Source: Octopus vulgaris (Eukaryota). From it: a stretch of 64,000 nt of DNA. Below the pieces are notes generated by a model that worked only from the letters and a program-made list of their open reading frames with translations, was not told the origin of the DNA and searched no databases. Positions 25,101 to 39,188 of this stretch are shown piece by piece. The stretch covers positions 25,296,001 to 25,360,000 of the forward strand of contig OX597828.1 in assembly GCA_951406725.2 (NCBI GenBank), read 5' to 3'. Position numbers and translations under genes: made by a program. Each line of letters begins with the position of its first letter. Position 1 is the first letter of the stretch.

Positions 25101-28100
25101 TCTGCTTCTATTACTTTTAATAGTATCACAATTACAACAATAACTACTACCTTTGTCCCTCCTTTTCCCCACCTCTATATTCCCATCTTCCTAGCCTTTC
25201 TATAATAGGTCAGGTTTTTTGATTGTTTGGTTTCTGATTTTGATGATCGTATGATCATTGTGTGTTTATATTTTTAATGGTTTTTCTTTAAAAAAATTTT
25301 TTTACTTCTTTTCCTTCCATTCTTCTGTTTTGTACCTCCCAATAATTTATTGCATGTTTAGGTTTACACTTTGTGCATTCCTTTCAACTGGACCATTGAT
25401 ATTGCATTAACAGTTTTCTTTATTCAATTATATTTAACTGGAATTCACTGTCTGCTAATTTATGTTATAATCTGGAATCAATAATATTTGGACTAAATGC
25501 TTCGCAGCATTGAGCTGTCTCCCTTTTGTTCTGAGTTCAAATTCTTCCAAGTTTGCTTTTCATCATTCTAGTAATGATGAAATAAGTACCAGAGATCAGT
25601 CCAGTTATCTCCAAACACCCACCCTACAAGCATTTGTGTCCTTGTGTTACATCATGAATGTTTAACAAAGTTGAAATATTGCAAGGTTCTGGAGATGACA
25701 AAATAGTTGCCAATAGTCTATTATGCTAACTGCATTTGTTGTGGACTGAGACAAAAGAAAATTATTTATTAGCATATAGAATTTTACATGAAAAAGAAAA
25801 AAGTGAATTCCAGATGCTTGGTGGATTTTTGGCACCAGTGTAATTCTAGATTTTGTGGTAGTAAGTAGATGACATAAATCTTGATATAGGAAACCAGTCT
25901 GTCTCAGGTAACATTTCCAGGTGATCTGATATCTGTCTCAGGTAACATTTCCAGGTGATCTGATATCTGTTTCTGGTAGCTGATGAGTATACTGTGTGGA
26001 TGAGAAACATGAAATATCAGTAACAAATTTGAACTCGCATACTGTCAGCTAGTAAACTTATATTCAATATTCTTGTCCACTTCTTCTTTAGTACAGGGAT
26101 CCACATTTTGAGACTGAGACAACACAGCTATGTTGTGTAGGAAAAGTGATTGTGCATAAGATTTACCTATAAAGTGGGTGACCTTTGGTGGGACATGCTA
26201 ATGTTTGTGTGCACAGTTAGTCCAGTGTCCCAAAGTTTGGAATAATGCCAGTTAAAGCATGTAGTCCTAAATAGGTGTAAGTTTAATTACTTGACAAATG
26301 AGCGTCAGATGAATTTATGCTTGTGTACGCTATCAACTGCATGAAGGTAGAATATTTTATAGCTCTGAAGAATTCCAGTTTTTGTTTTGAAGTTTAGTCA
26401 TGTTATAAAAGTGTTCGTCTTGAGAGATATCATCAGAAATAACATGATCTAACATTGGTAAGGAGTCTGATAGTCTAACTGCCCCTTATATATATAAGTA
26501 TAGTAGTTATAGCATAATGGGCAAGTTTTTTTTTTTTTGTATATGATATACCCTTTCTTTTTCATTTAAAATCCTTGATCTGAGATTTCAACAGTGTTTA
26601 ATTTTCAGTAGCTGCACTCTTACTACCTACAATGGTGAAGTTCTAAGGTCATTTTCAAATTTGCTTTTTGTTTTAGTTAGGATATATGGAGTTTTTGTAA
26701 AGCATTTTATACAAGAATTTTATTTTCTATTTAATTCTATTGTTCACTTTTTCTATACATCGTAATTCTACAGGAAGTTAGTCTTTATGACATGTGGAAG
26801 GTTTATTTGTATGTTTTTCCCCCCCAGTATTTCATTGTCCATAATTATGGGTCGTTGTAATACATGAGTGTGTAAATACAATAATGTGTAATGTCTTGTC
26901 AAATGAGACTAGGATTCCATGTCCTGATTGCAGTTCATAGTTCTTAGAACCTGCAATGTGAATTAAGTCTTTGTATAGAAAAAAAGGAGAGGATGTAGTG
27001 TGGAATCATTTGCATAGAAGTGTATTCACTTAAAAAGCTTAGTGTGCAAGTCATTAAGGTAAACATTAAAAACTGGGAACCATAACAAAGTTCTCAAAGA
27101 CATCCCTGTTAATGGAGCTGGTGTTTGGTGAGAGTTATGATGGACAGTTTTTGATGCTGGTGATGAAGAATGTGCAAAATAGAGTAAGATAGTTTTGTCA
27201 TAAAGTTCTTATGCTGGAGTGTATGATTTTGAATGGAGAGCAGAATGGAAATTTTCTGGTTATTTGTTGTACAAAGACATCATGTGCTTGTTTTAACAAT
27301 AATCTTTCAAGAGTCACATTTACAGTTGGAAATTCTCAGTTGGTTTATTAGTGAAAGCTGCCTCAATGGTAAAGTAAGCTGTATTTGTTTGCTTCACAGG
27401 CACAACACGTTCTTTAGTAAATCACTTGTGAATGTTGTGTGTGCCTATGTGTTTCAATACCCTACATTATGTGGTGTGATGTGCATAAAAAACAGTCACT
27501 GTGTCTTGTTAAGAATGTATTGGATGGTCCAGAAGTAAAATGCATTTGCTGCTCGGGGTAGTCACTGAAGAATTTGCCAGATTCAATGACTTAAAGAAGC
27601 ATGATGGTGGGACTGTTTGTGAGATGCAGTGATGAGAGAGAGAGAAATCTTCGTTTATAACAGTGCAGTGACATCATTACAGAGAGAAGTTAAGTTTGGA
27701 GCTGAGAAACAGAGGAATCATTGAATTGCATTTTTCCTAGTGTTGAACCATCAAAATGATTACTTCAGCTTCTAAACCATATCAACATATATTTTTGTTA
27801 ATGATGCAAAATGTTTTTTCCAAAATCCTTTAAAGAGAGTAGGTACTATGTAATCTTTAAGATTAATCTATAATTAATTATACTTTAGAATATATAATTA
27901 ATAATGCTTTAGAATTTGATATTGATTTCCTTTGACTTGGATCAAGGTGAATTTTGTTGAGAAGTGACATTGATAAAATCACTTGTAATTTGTTATTGAT
28001 AAGTGCTATCAAATTGATTAATATTTACATGGTTTTAGACTAGTTTGTCCTTAATACAAAATATTTTCCCTTTTTATTCATCAATGGACGTAATATATTA

Positions 28101-29726
28101 TTCTGATTACATTTTCTTGAATGAGACTAGTTTGTTTTATTTCTGTTGCCAGGTGGTTTTTGAGATCTCTGTTCATGTAGGTTGCTTACATATGCAGCAA
28201 TCTATGGATATAATAGATGTATTGAAGGAGTGCAATAAGGTAACAACATGTGCAAAGGAGTTCTGGAATCAGTTTAATCTCCCTGAATATATGTAATCTT
28301 GTACTCTTATAAACAGTACTTTAGGAATGTGAAGCCTGTATGTTGGCAGAAATGGTGTTTTATTAAGGAGATACTACACTAATCAGAAAGTTGAATGTTG
28401 CTCTGTATTCTATGTTACAACCATGTGTATAGATATCCATTCTGCTTATAGAAAAGAGGCTGCCTCCTCCTTTTGACTTGATAGCCATCATTCTCTTAAG
28501 GATCCTTCACACCTTCCTCCAGAATTGTTGTTTAGTTGTTTAACTCCAGCTTAGCCCTAGTCATGCAGACCTGATCATTGATGTTCCAAATGTGACCATC
28601 CTGAATTACTCTGTCCAATGTACCAGGACTAGGCATTCCATTGTTTTTCCTCTTTCAAGATGGTAGAGTATGATTTAAGGAAGATTTGGCTCCTATCTTT
28701 AGTGAATTGAGTGACTCAGTAGAAATGCCTTCATTATAATTTTGTTATTCAAGATCTGGAATAATTGTTTTAAAAGTGAGATATTGTGCAGGATAGCAGA
28801 CCATTCAGATAGTAGACTATGTTGTCATTGAATTACCAATTAATCTCCTTAACCAATGTGCCAGTTAATTCTAATGAAGATATTTTATAGTTAGTTAGTT
28901 GCTACAGTAAATAAAAGTGAAGGCTATATTTCCACTGATGAAGCCTAATGATAAACATTTAGAGTTGTCTCCCTTGTTTCTTCAGCATAAAAATACTGTT
29001 AGCTAATTCTTTAATGTTTCCGTTAATCACTGCATTATTGATCATCATTGTAATAACTAACACTTAATCTTTTCTTCTTGATTGAAAAAAGAATTCTTTA
29101 TAATAATTTCCCATTGAAGAAAATGTTCATCCTGGGACCCTTATTAAACTGCTGTACTCATTCTTCGGTCTGACAAACAGCTGTCTTGTGGTGTCAAGTT
29201 GGTGAATTGAAACAATTAAGTTACAATTTATTTCCAATCAAAACACCTTCTCACAGTCTGCTAATACTCTTAAAAACTGTCTGCATTCATGGCTTGTAAT
29301 TTACTAGTTAGATCAATATTTTCTTATTCTCGCTTCTTTCTAACCCTATTCTAATGTTAAACACTGAAATTAATGAAACCCACCTTCATATTAGTTTAAA
29401 CAATGACTTTCACAAAGATACATTTGTGGCTGATGTGACCTGTTATGGACAAAAACAGTTGACTTTGCCTCAATTTGCAAGCATTTTTGTTGGCTAAATT
29501 CACTTGTCACTTACTCTTACTCTTTTACTCGTTTCAGTCATTTGACTGCGGCCATGCTGGAGCACCGCCTTTAGTCGAGCAAATCGACCCTGGGTCTTAT
29601 TCTTTGTAAGCCCAGTACTTATTCTATTGGTCTCTTTTGCCGAACCACTAAGTGACGGGGACGTAAATGCACCAGCATTGGTTGTCAAGCAATGCTAGGG
29701 GGACAAACACAGACACACAAATATAT

Positions 29727-29783
<57 letters not shown>

Positions 29784-31121
29784 CATACATATATATATAC
29801 GACAGGCTTCTTTCAGTTTCCGTCTACCAAATCCACTCACAAGGCATTGGTCGGCCCGATGCTATAGTAGAAGACACTTGCCCAAGGTGCCACACAGTGG
29901 GACTGAACCCGGAACCATGTGGTTGGTAAGCAAGCTACTTACCACACAACCACTCCTGCGCCTATTGTTTGGGGTGGAAGGATTAGCCTTTTGTTACTTA
30001 CACCACCACTTGACTGTTGGATGTTTTTTGGAGTCCAGTCTGTTGGATCAAATCTCTAACTCAACGTGTTCATCCATATCTTTTTACTGCAGTAAACCAC
30101 GAATCTTACTGTTTCAGAAGGTCTTCAAAAAACCATGGGCACTGTTTATCTCCTTAGCCACACTCACTCCCTCCCACACTATTTTCCATGAAACGGTTTA
30201 ATGAGCATATATTGTGTATATAGCTTTTAGCATGTGTCAATACAGGCATTATTGTCAGAATGCAAACAACCAGTACTGACACTGCAAGGTGTCTCATCCC
30301 ACACTGTCAGTTCTTCAACTTACAATCTCTTTTGAGTAGCACTTTTTCATCAACCCCCAAAATGATAAAATGCAAAGTTGACCTTGACGAGTATTGGACT
30401 CAGAACTGTGAAGCATTCTAACCAACATTAGTGACGATACCTGTAAATTTTAATCAGTTCTCAATGAATAGTTGCTGATGATGCAGGCAGTTGAGAGTCA
30501 GATCTAGCTTGGTGTTCCATTGTCCACTGTGGAACTTGAACCCCAAACTACATGGTTGCAAGCTTTTTAACTGCACAGTCGGTTGTATTAGGATGATGAG
30601 GTTACTCTTGTTTCTGCTGTTTACCTCTTGTCATTCCAAAATATTTCGGGTATGACTATCTTATCTTCTTCCATCTTGTACAGTATATAGGATTACATTA
30701 TTCAATGTGTCCATTTTTTCACAAGGTGGTGAGATATTATTTAAGAGTGATATATCTGCTATTTCTGGCTGGTTAAATGTCTGTCCAGAGGTCCCTTTGT
30801 TGGTGCATGTGATGTTGGTTCATACATTGTAAGTACTCTGCTAATAGAATCCTCTCATGAGTTCTGATTCTCAGTTGAAACTTTTACATTTGCATAGTAA
30901 ATGTCCTTGGGAAGGGTTTGGACCATTGTTGTTGTTGTTGTAGTAGTAGTAGTAGTAGTAGTAGTAGTCGTATTTTGAATGTTAATAGGTGTATAGAGTG
31001 AGGCTTATTGGAAGTTTCCTATAGTCCTATAGTCCTACTCTATACACAGCTACTAAGGCTGTGAATAGGCACCATATTTACGCATTCGGTTATACATGCT
31101 AAGTATGCATAAATTGTAGTC

Positions 31122-31183
<62 letters not shown>

Positions 31184-34100
31184 TGAAAGAATGGAGTCGA
31201 ACGAAGATTTTAATAAAATTCCTTTACTCTCAACACATGTTTCGAAGACTGCATACTCTTAATTCCGAAGGAATAAAGGGTGCATTATGCCGTCTTCTCA
31301 TCAGGAAAGACAAGGAATCTCTATCCGCCTCAAGACGAACAAAAACTTATATATATATATATACATACATACATATATATATATATATCTAGCCGTAGAA
31401 ACATTGCCAGATCAGACTGGGCCTGGTGCAGCCTTCTGGCTTCCCAGACCTCGGTTGAACCGTCCAACCCATGCTAGCATGGAAAGCGGACGCAAAACGA
31501 TGATGATGATATATATAACAGTAGTGATATGTATATTTCATTCATTTGATTACCTATTCAATTTGTTTCTACATTTCCATAAAATACATGTGTTGTACCA
31601 CTGTCCCACCACGACCACCACTACCAAATACTATTGAAAGTAAGAAATGTCATTCAGCTCTTTATTATTATTATTATTATTATTATTTTTCTATTTTTGT
31701 GAAGTTGATGGAGGGGTTTGAGGTGTTTATGAAGAATAAACTTTGAGACTGCTGCCTTGTCCTCTGCAACTGGCTACTGGATCGTTATACAGCTGCTGCT
31801 GCTCTTCTCTATCACTTGCTTAATTTTTTTTTTTTTTTTCTTATGCCAGTTTTGCTAATGTTACAATGGACATCGCTGCTTGCTTGTAGTATTCCTCTTC
31901 TTGTGAAATATACTTTCATTGTTTTTCATTACACTATACAATTTCTTTTTTTTTTTTTTTTTTTAATTTAAGACATAGTTTTACTTTTTTGTTCTTCTCA
32001 TTACTCATTAGAGTTATTAGAGGAATTTATTCAATATGTCAATTGTTATTAACGATAAAAAAAATAACACTGAAATTTGTGCGATTTATGATTTTTATGC
32101 CTGAACTTAAAGTTTAAAAAAAAAAAACAACTTAGATTTTATTTTGTCTTTCACATCATTATATTGATTGTTGACAATGTTCTAGATACTTTAGTGGAAA
32201 GGTCAAAGATTGCCACCCTGCTACCAACTCACAACAGAGTCCATAGGTAAAACATTAGCTCTTGTGTTAAGTAGGTACCAAACATAGCATACTTCATTGC
32301 TTTATCCCTTCAGCATTTAAACCAGCCGGGCATGGCTGTGTGGTTAGGGAGCTTGCTTCCTGGCTACATGGTTTTGGGTTCAGTCCCACTGCGTGGCACT
32401 TTGGGCAGGTGTCTTCTACTATAGCCCCGAGCCGACCGAAGCTTTGTGATTGAATTCGGTAGACGGAAGTTACTGCCGTGTGTGTATATGTGCGTGTAGG
32501 TGCTCAGTGCCTCTCCGAAAAGAGAGAGAGAGAGGGATATCCAGCCCAAATAGCCTACCTGTTTTATGTTCAAACTGTTCAGATCCAACCTTTCACACTT
32601 ATCCTACAATGTCATTCTAAAAATAAACAAACACATTGTTAAAATCTTGATTAATTCAAAACAATATGAATAAATGAGTCTTGCATTTGACAGAGTTATC
32701 TGACTGCTAAAGGGATAAACAACAGCTGAGTATTTTGTTGGTTTTCACTGCTCAGTTCAGTTCATTTTGGGGAAAAAAATTCTATCTGCAATAGGCCATT
32801 TTTTTTTCCTGTTGGAATTCATCTCTCAGCGATTTTGTGCTGTTAAAACCAGAGTTGAACAATAGCCCTCCTACATCTTTGTGTAAGAAAAAGGATTAAC
32901 ATTATTTATCTATTTATTTATTATTGTATTAGTGTTATTTCTTAGAACCTCTTAATTTACTTTGCTCGTACTTTGAGGAAAGGCATGAATGTCCTATTCT
33001 CACTTTTACAAATTCTAAGCCTAATGGAAGTCTCTGAGAAGCTATCTTTTTTGTTGGGAGTCGGGTGGGTAAGGAAAATTGAAAAGGTTTTGTCAATTAA
33101 GGTATTAAATATTTATCAACCACTTTTTTTCCCCCTATAGTTTAATCTTCAAACAAATATTGATTTCAAATTTTTATAAATAGATTTCCTTTTTGTTTTG
33201 TTTTACATTAGAAGTGTTCTAGAATAGCTTTATAATCTCCAACATTTTTTTTTCCCTTCCATTTCTGATATTGGAATGTGAATGTAATCTCTTATGTTTA
33301 CATTTTCATAACAACATGCCCACATTGAAGAAGATTCTCTATTATTAGGTCAACTACGGGGATCCTGTCTTATCATGTCAACTAAGACATTATTTAAGCT
33401 GTTTGCTTTGTTTTTTCTTAAGATTTTGTTTTTTTATTTCAATTGTTTCTTCTTCATTAGAAAAAGAATCTTTCTATAATAATTTCCCATTATTGAAAAT
33501 GTTGATCTTGAAAGCCCCTATTGACTGCTCTACTCATTCTTCTTCATTCTGACACACAGCTCTGTTTTGGTGTCAAGTGGATGAATTTAAACAACTAGAT
33601 TTCAATTTGCTTCCAATTGAAATACCATCCTTTATTTTGCTGGAATCCTTAAAAATTATTAAATCAGAATATCATGACTTATAGTTTACTATTTAGACAA
33701 TATTTTCACATTCTTGTAACTTTCTACACCCCCACCCTTACCTTTTTTGTTAATTCTTCTAAAATGTTATTACATTTTTGAGATTGACATTATAAATATT
33801 AATATAAGAAGTTAACTTTGCTTTTATCATGTTGAGGTTGGTAAAGAACCAGTCAAGTACTGAGCTTAATGTAATCAACATGCCAACCCTCCTCAAACCC
33901 TTGAATTTGTGATAAAATTAAAAAAGAATTAGAAGGTGCTGAACTTTCAAAATCATTGGCATTTTGGACAAAATGCTTAGTGGTATTTCTTTCAGCTCTT
34001 TAAACTCGGAGTTCAAATCCTGCTAAGGTCTGTAATCGACTAACTTCTTAAAGTGCTGGCCATTTGCCGAACGTGGCCATTGCCTGCGCTGCCCCGACGG

Positions 34101-35270
34101 GCCTCCGTGCCGGTGGCACGTAAAAAGCACCAATCGTGGCCATTGCCAGCCTCGCCTGGCCCCTGTGCAGGTGGCACGTAAGAAGCACCATCTGATCGTG
34201 GCCGTTTGCCAGCCTCGTCTGGCACCTGTGCCGGTGGCACGTAAAAATCACCCACTACACTCATGGAGTGGTTGGTATTAGGAAGGGTATCCAGCCGTAG
34301 AAACATTGCCAGATCAGACTGGTCCGGGTGCAGCCTTCTGGCTTCCCAGACCCCAGTTGAACCGTCCAACCCATGCTAGCATGGAAAGTGGACGCTAAAT
34401 GATGATGATGATGATGATGCTGGACACAATGCTCAGCAGTATTTTCTCTGTGTTTAACATTCTGAGTTTAGATTCCTTTGAGGTTGGCTTTGCTTTTCAT
34501 CCTTTCAGGGTCAGTAAAGTAAGTACCAGTTCAGCACTAGAGTTAATATAATCAACTAGTTCCCATCCCCTGAAATTTCAGACCTTGTGCATATAGTAGA
34601 AAGAAATATAAGGAAATAATTTATTCTCAAATGCAGGATAATGCTAATAATATAGCATGAACAGGATAAACTACCCATATTTTGCAGAAAAATGTATCGG
34701 TGACCAGCCATGAGACTCGAACTCACACCCCTGCAATTAGAAAGAAATATGACTTCTACTGAAAATAAGAATATTCAATATTTTTCATTTATAGATACAT
34801 AAACATCACAATGGAGACACCTCAGCCTCAGTTGTTTTCTTTCTTTCTCCCTATCTTTTTCTTTCTTCCTTTTTCCTTTCCCTCCCTATTTCTCTCTCTC
34901 TCTCTCTCTCTCCTCAGTCTCTCCCTCTCTCTCTGTTTATAAGTCTGATATCAGCCATGTCTATCTTTAACAGATTCTGTTTTGTTTTTTTTCATCGTGT
35001 TGACTGGTTCCAGGTCAGCTCTGATAAGTAGACTTATGGTCAAAGTATCCTGGTCACAACTGTCCCATCCATCATGAATCTAACATTACTATTTCTCTGT
35101 TTCTAAGATGATAACGTCTGATTTGAGGGAGGTCTGGTTATTGTTTCTAGTAGCTCATATAGCCATGTTCTTGTTCTCATTATTATTATTATTATTAACT
35201 GAATAGTTGTCTTACACATTTTAAAAAACTGAAATACTCTGTTGTGAATCTTAGTTGGGCTCTGTAAAAT

Positions 35271-35313
<43 letters not shown>

Positions 35314-38300
35314 ACACACACATACACAAGTGAGTGGACAAATGAACAAAGGACACTCAACACATTTATTGGAAGTTACATGTATGGATCAAAACAGTTT
35401 GATTCAAATTTCATGGTACTTAAAGTTTCAAAGAATAAGTTGGCCCTAGGGAGCCAAGTCTGTAACTATGTTGAATCTGTTTCACTAAGAGAAAGGCTTG
35501 AATAAATGTAACAATCTCTCCATTCTTTCTCTAACAAAGTACAAACTCTATGTCTTCGTAAGAAATATCTGGATACGGCTGAAAATACATTATGTGAATG
35601 TTTGGACAGAGTTGAAAATCTGTACAATTTTAACATATTGGTAAATATACCAATTTGCTATCAACAAGGGATAAATGTTGTAGATTTGAACATTTTATCC
35701 CTTGCTCTATTTTTTTATTATTATTTTGGTTTACATCTTTATACTTTTGCAAAAATACATTTACTGTTCAATCCTAGTTTAGCTTTATTTAAAGCCAAGT
35801 AGCCAAATCCCCTTCAGATCACACTCTACTGTCTTGAGAAAAAGAAGGGTGTTTTCAATAATGTAGTCCTAGATACATTATGCCTTTAAAAAAAAGAAAG
35901 AAAAGAAAAAAAGAAATCACCGCTGTAAAGTATTTGGTTGTTAATCTCCTAAATTGGGGTTAACTTTGACTAAAGAACAATTCTTTTACTCATTTATTGG
36001 TTTCCACCAGAGTCTGTGGCCATGCTGGAGCATATAAAATTAATAAATTCAGTTAAAGCACTTGTCACTTTATGTTTTTGAATTACAGTAATTCATTATT
36101 TGATTACATATTTAAATTAACATAAATAAGACAGTAACTATATATATATATACACACACACATACATATATATTGATGTCTAAATTTTGCCTCATTTATA
36201 TGACATTTGGTAATGTTCTTCTCTTTTACCTAAAATGTTAGCATTTGACCTTCTAAGTATGAATACCTAAAAAGATGTCACCTCAGTTATGTACCAGAGT
36301 TTTAAACTTAAAGCTTGTAATGAGATATGTACATAGACTACATCCTTGTATTATTGCTACATGTCTATGTGAAGACAATGAGGTTGCTTTTACAGTTGAA
36401 ATTAAGCAATTGAAACTAGATATCATAGACAAAGTGATATTCCACTTTCTTCCCAAAATTCTTTGCAATACTGTTCTTAAAGTATTGGAGCTCATTTGTT
36501 TATATATATATATATAATATAATATAATTTCTTTCCTCTTTGTTTATTCCATGGTTTTTCAAACGTTTTTGCCTAACCCTTTAGTGTTCAGATTATTCTG
36601 TCAAATATGATGTTTGTTTATTTATATTGTTTTGAATTAATCCTGCATTATCTTGTAGTTTAGAGATTTCAGTGATGAGTTTTTAGTTTTAGAATGACAT
36701 GGTAGGGCTGAGGTGAGAGGCGAGATCTGGTCAGTTTCAATATAAAACAGGCTAAATATTTTGGCCGGATATGGCCGGTTTGAATGCTAAAGGGTTAATA
36801 AACTCCTCCTCCTCACAAATCCAAAATTTCATTTTTGTACATGACTAATTTAATTTTACTTCTCTCATTATATTCTTTCTTTATTTTTTAAATATATTCT
36901 ATTCTTATTATTTGGCAATAATCTTCTTTCATAAAAACATCACATAACCTATCCTAAAAAGGGATATTTTAGAAATCAGTGATTTTTATAATTTAATTCA
37001 TTTAAGATATAATAGCTTTTCAATGTTTTCTTTTGTGAAGTTTTTGTTATGGCAATGTGGTTAAGAAACTCACTTTGCAACCACATGGTTTTGGGTTCAG
37101 TCCCACTGCATGGCACCTTAGGCAAGTGTCTTCTTTAGACTGAGGCCAAGTAATACCCTGTGAGTGAATTTAATTGACGGAAACTGTGGGGAAGCCCATC
37201 ATACATGTTTGTTTGTTGTGCAACCACTTGACAACAAGTGTTGGTTAATTTACATCCCTTTAACTTAGTGGTTGGGCAAAAGAGACTGATAGAGTAAGTA
37301 CCAGTAATGGGGTCGATTTGTTTGACCAAACCATTCAAGGTGGTGCTCCAGCATGGTTGCAGTCAAATGAAACAAATAAAAGATTATGTGTCATTAATGA
37401 TGCAACAAAAATCTGAATTAGTTTGGCCACAGCCATATCATTTATTCCTTTAACTGACCTGCATATTTTCAACAGCTTATACACGAACTACCTTACTAAT
37501 GGCCCATCACACCTAGTCCAGGCCTTCTGCTAGCTGGTTATATGATCCAGAAATTTTTCTTCCACTGTTATAAAGGGAGTTATTAATGCAAAGCAGTGAA
37601 TTTATGCTTTATGGATCCCTAAGCTATTTATTCGTTTCTGCCAAAATTTCTATCTACAAGGATCTGCACAGATTACTTTGATAAGCCTTGGTTTTAGCCT
37701 TTTAAAGTATGTGTGTGTATGGAGGGTGGGCAAAGGAAGTGACAGGCATACAGAGTGAAAGTTAACGCCATCACCATGTCCACTTTCCCATGCTTACATG
37801 AGTCAGGCAGAGTTTTTATCTGAGGCAGATTTTCCCACAGTCAGATGCATTTCCTGTCACTAACCCTCACCTGTTGCCAAGCAAGGTGATATTAGATCCA
37901 TTGCTGTCACCGAATATTGGAAATTAATGATACTGCTTGCATGACAGTGACACTCACAAACTATCACACAATGTCAAGACAGGATGGACACACACACACA
38001 GAGGGCTTCTTCCAGTTTCTGTCTATCAAATCCAGTCATAAGGCTTTGGTCAGTTCATGTAGTGGGACTGAACTTGGGACCATGTGGTTGGGAAGTGAAC
38101 TTCTTACCACACAGCCATGCCTACACTTATAGTATATGTCTGTATTTTGAATGTGTCCAGTTGTATGTATTAATATTTATAAATTACATTGTAAGGAAAC
38201 TTCTTTCCAACCTGGAATTTGTGGAAATATTGTACTTGTAAAATATCATTTGAGATGTGGGCAGTCCAAAATGTTTTCAAATGATCAATAAGTCAACCAA

Positions 38301-39156
38301 CTGCAAAATTAAGGATTTTAGATAACTGTTTGTGTGTTATGTGTATCTGAAAAAAATTGTGTGTGTGCATGCGTCTGTCTGTCCAAGTCTCCACCATTTG
38401 ACAACTGGTGTTGGTTTGTTTATATCTCCATAACATAGTACTTCAGCAAAAGAGAGGGGTAAAATAAGTATTGGACGTAAATGAAAGTATTGGTATTTCA
38501 AGGTGGTGGCCTAGCATGGTCACATTTAAACTACTGAAACAAGTAAATGAATAAAAGATAGCTACCTATTTTAATTGCATTTATTTTTAGCATATTAACA
38601 GTGATTAATTTCAAATGTTCAGACATGCACATGTGCGCACACACACACACTTATTATGTGGTAAATTATGTAATGAAAATGCCAAAATATTTATTGATTT
38701 GTTACATAATTTTTGAAGTGTTTTGCTCCACATTTTTCTCTATTTGTCAACTATTTTCTTCCTTAGGTTATGAAATTTAAGCCTTCTCTTTAGATTCATA
38801 CTTATTTGAAACAACAATATATTTCTTTTCCTATACTGGATCAAAGAAAATGTTTTTGTTTATATTGTTTTTATTTTACTTTTTACTTTCTTTTCTTCAA
38901 TTAATAAACTTCATGAAGTATTGGAATTATTTTTCTAGTTGGTGAATTATGAACAATTTTTCCTTTTCCATTTCTCTATTTCAGAATTCCAATCCAGGTT
39001 ATCCAAGGTCAACAACTGATATTAAAAACAGCTGCTGGAAATACAATAGGTTTTGCTCAACAGCAGCAACAGCAGCAGCTACAACAGCAACAGCAACAAC
39101 AATTACAACAGCAGCAGCTCCAGCAGCTGCAGCTTCAGCATTTTCAACAACAGCTG

Positions 39157-39188
<32 letters not shown>

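Noticed and set aside
29667-31746. Short ORFs containing YIYIYI or HTHT runs
   Set aside because: Translations of (TA)n/(CA)n microsatellites and SINEs
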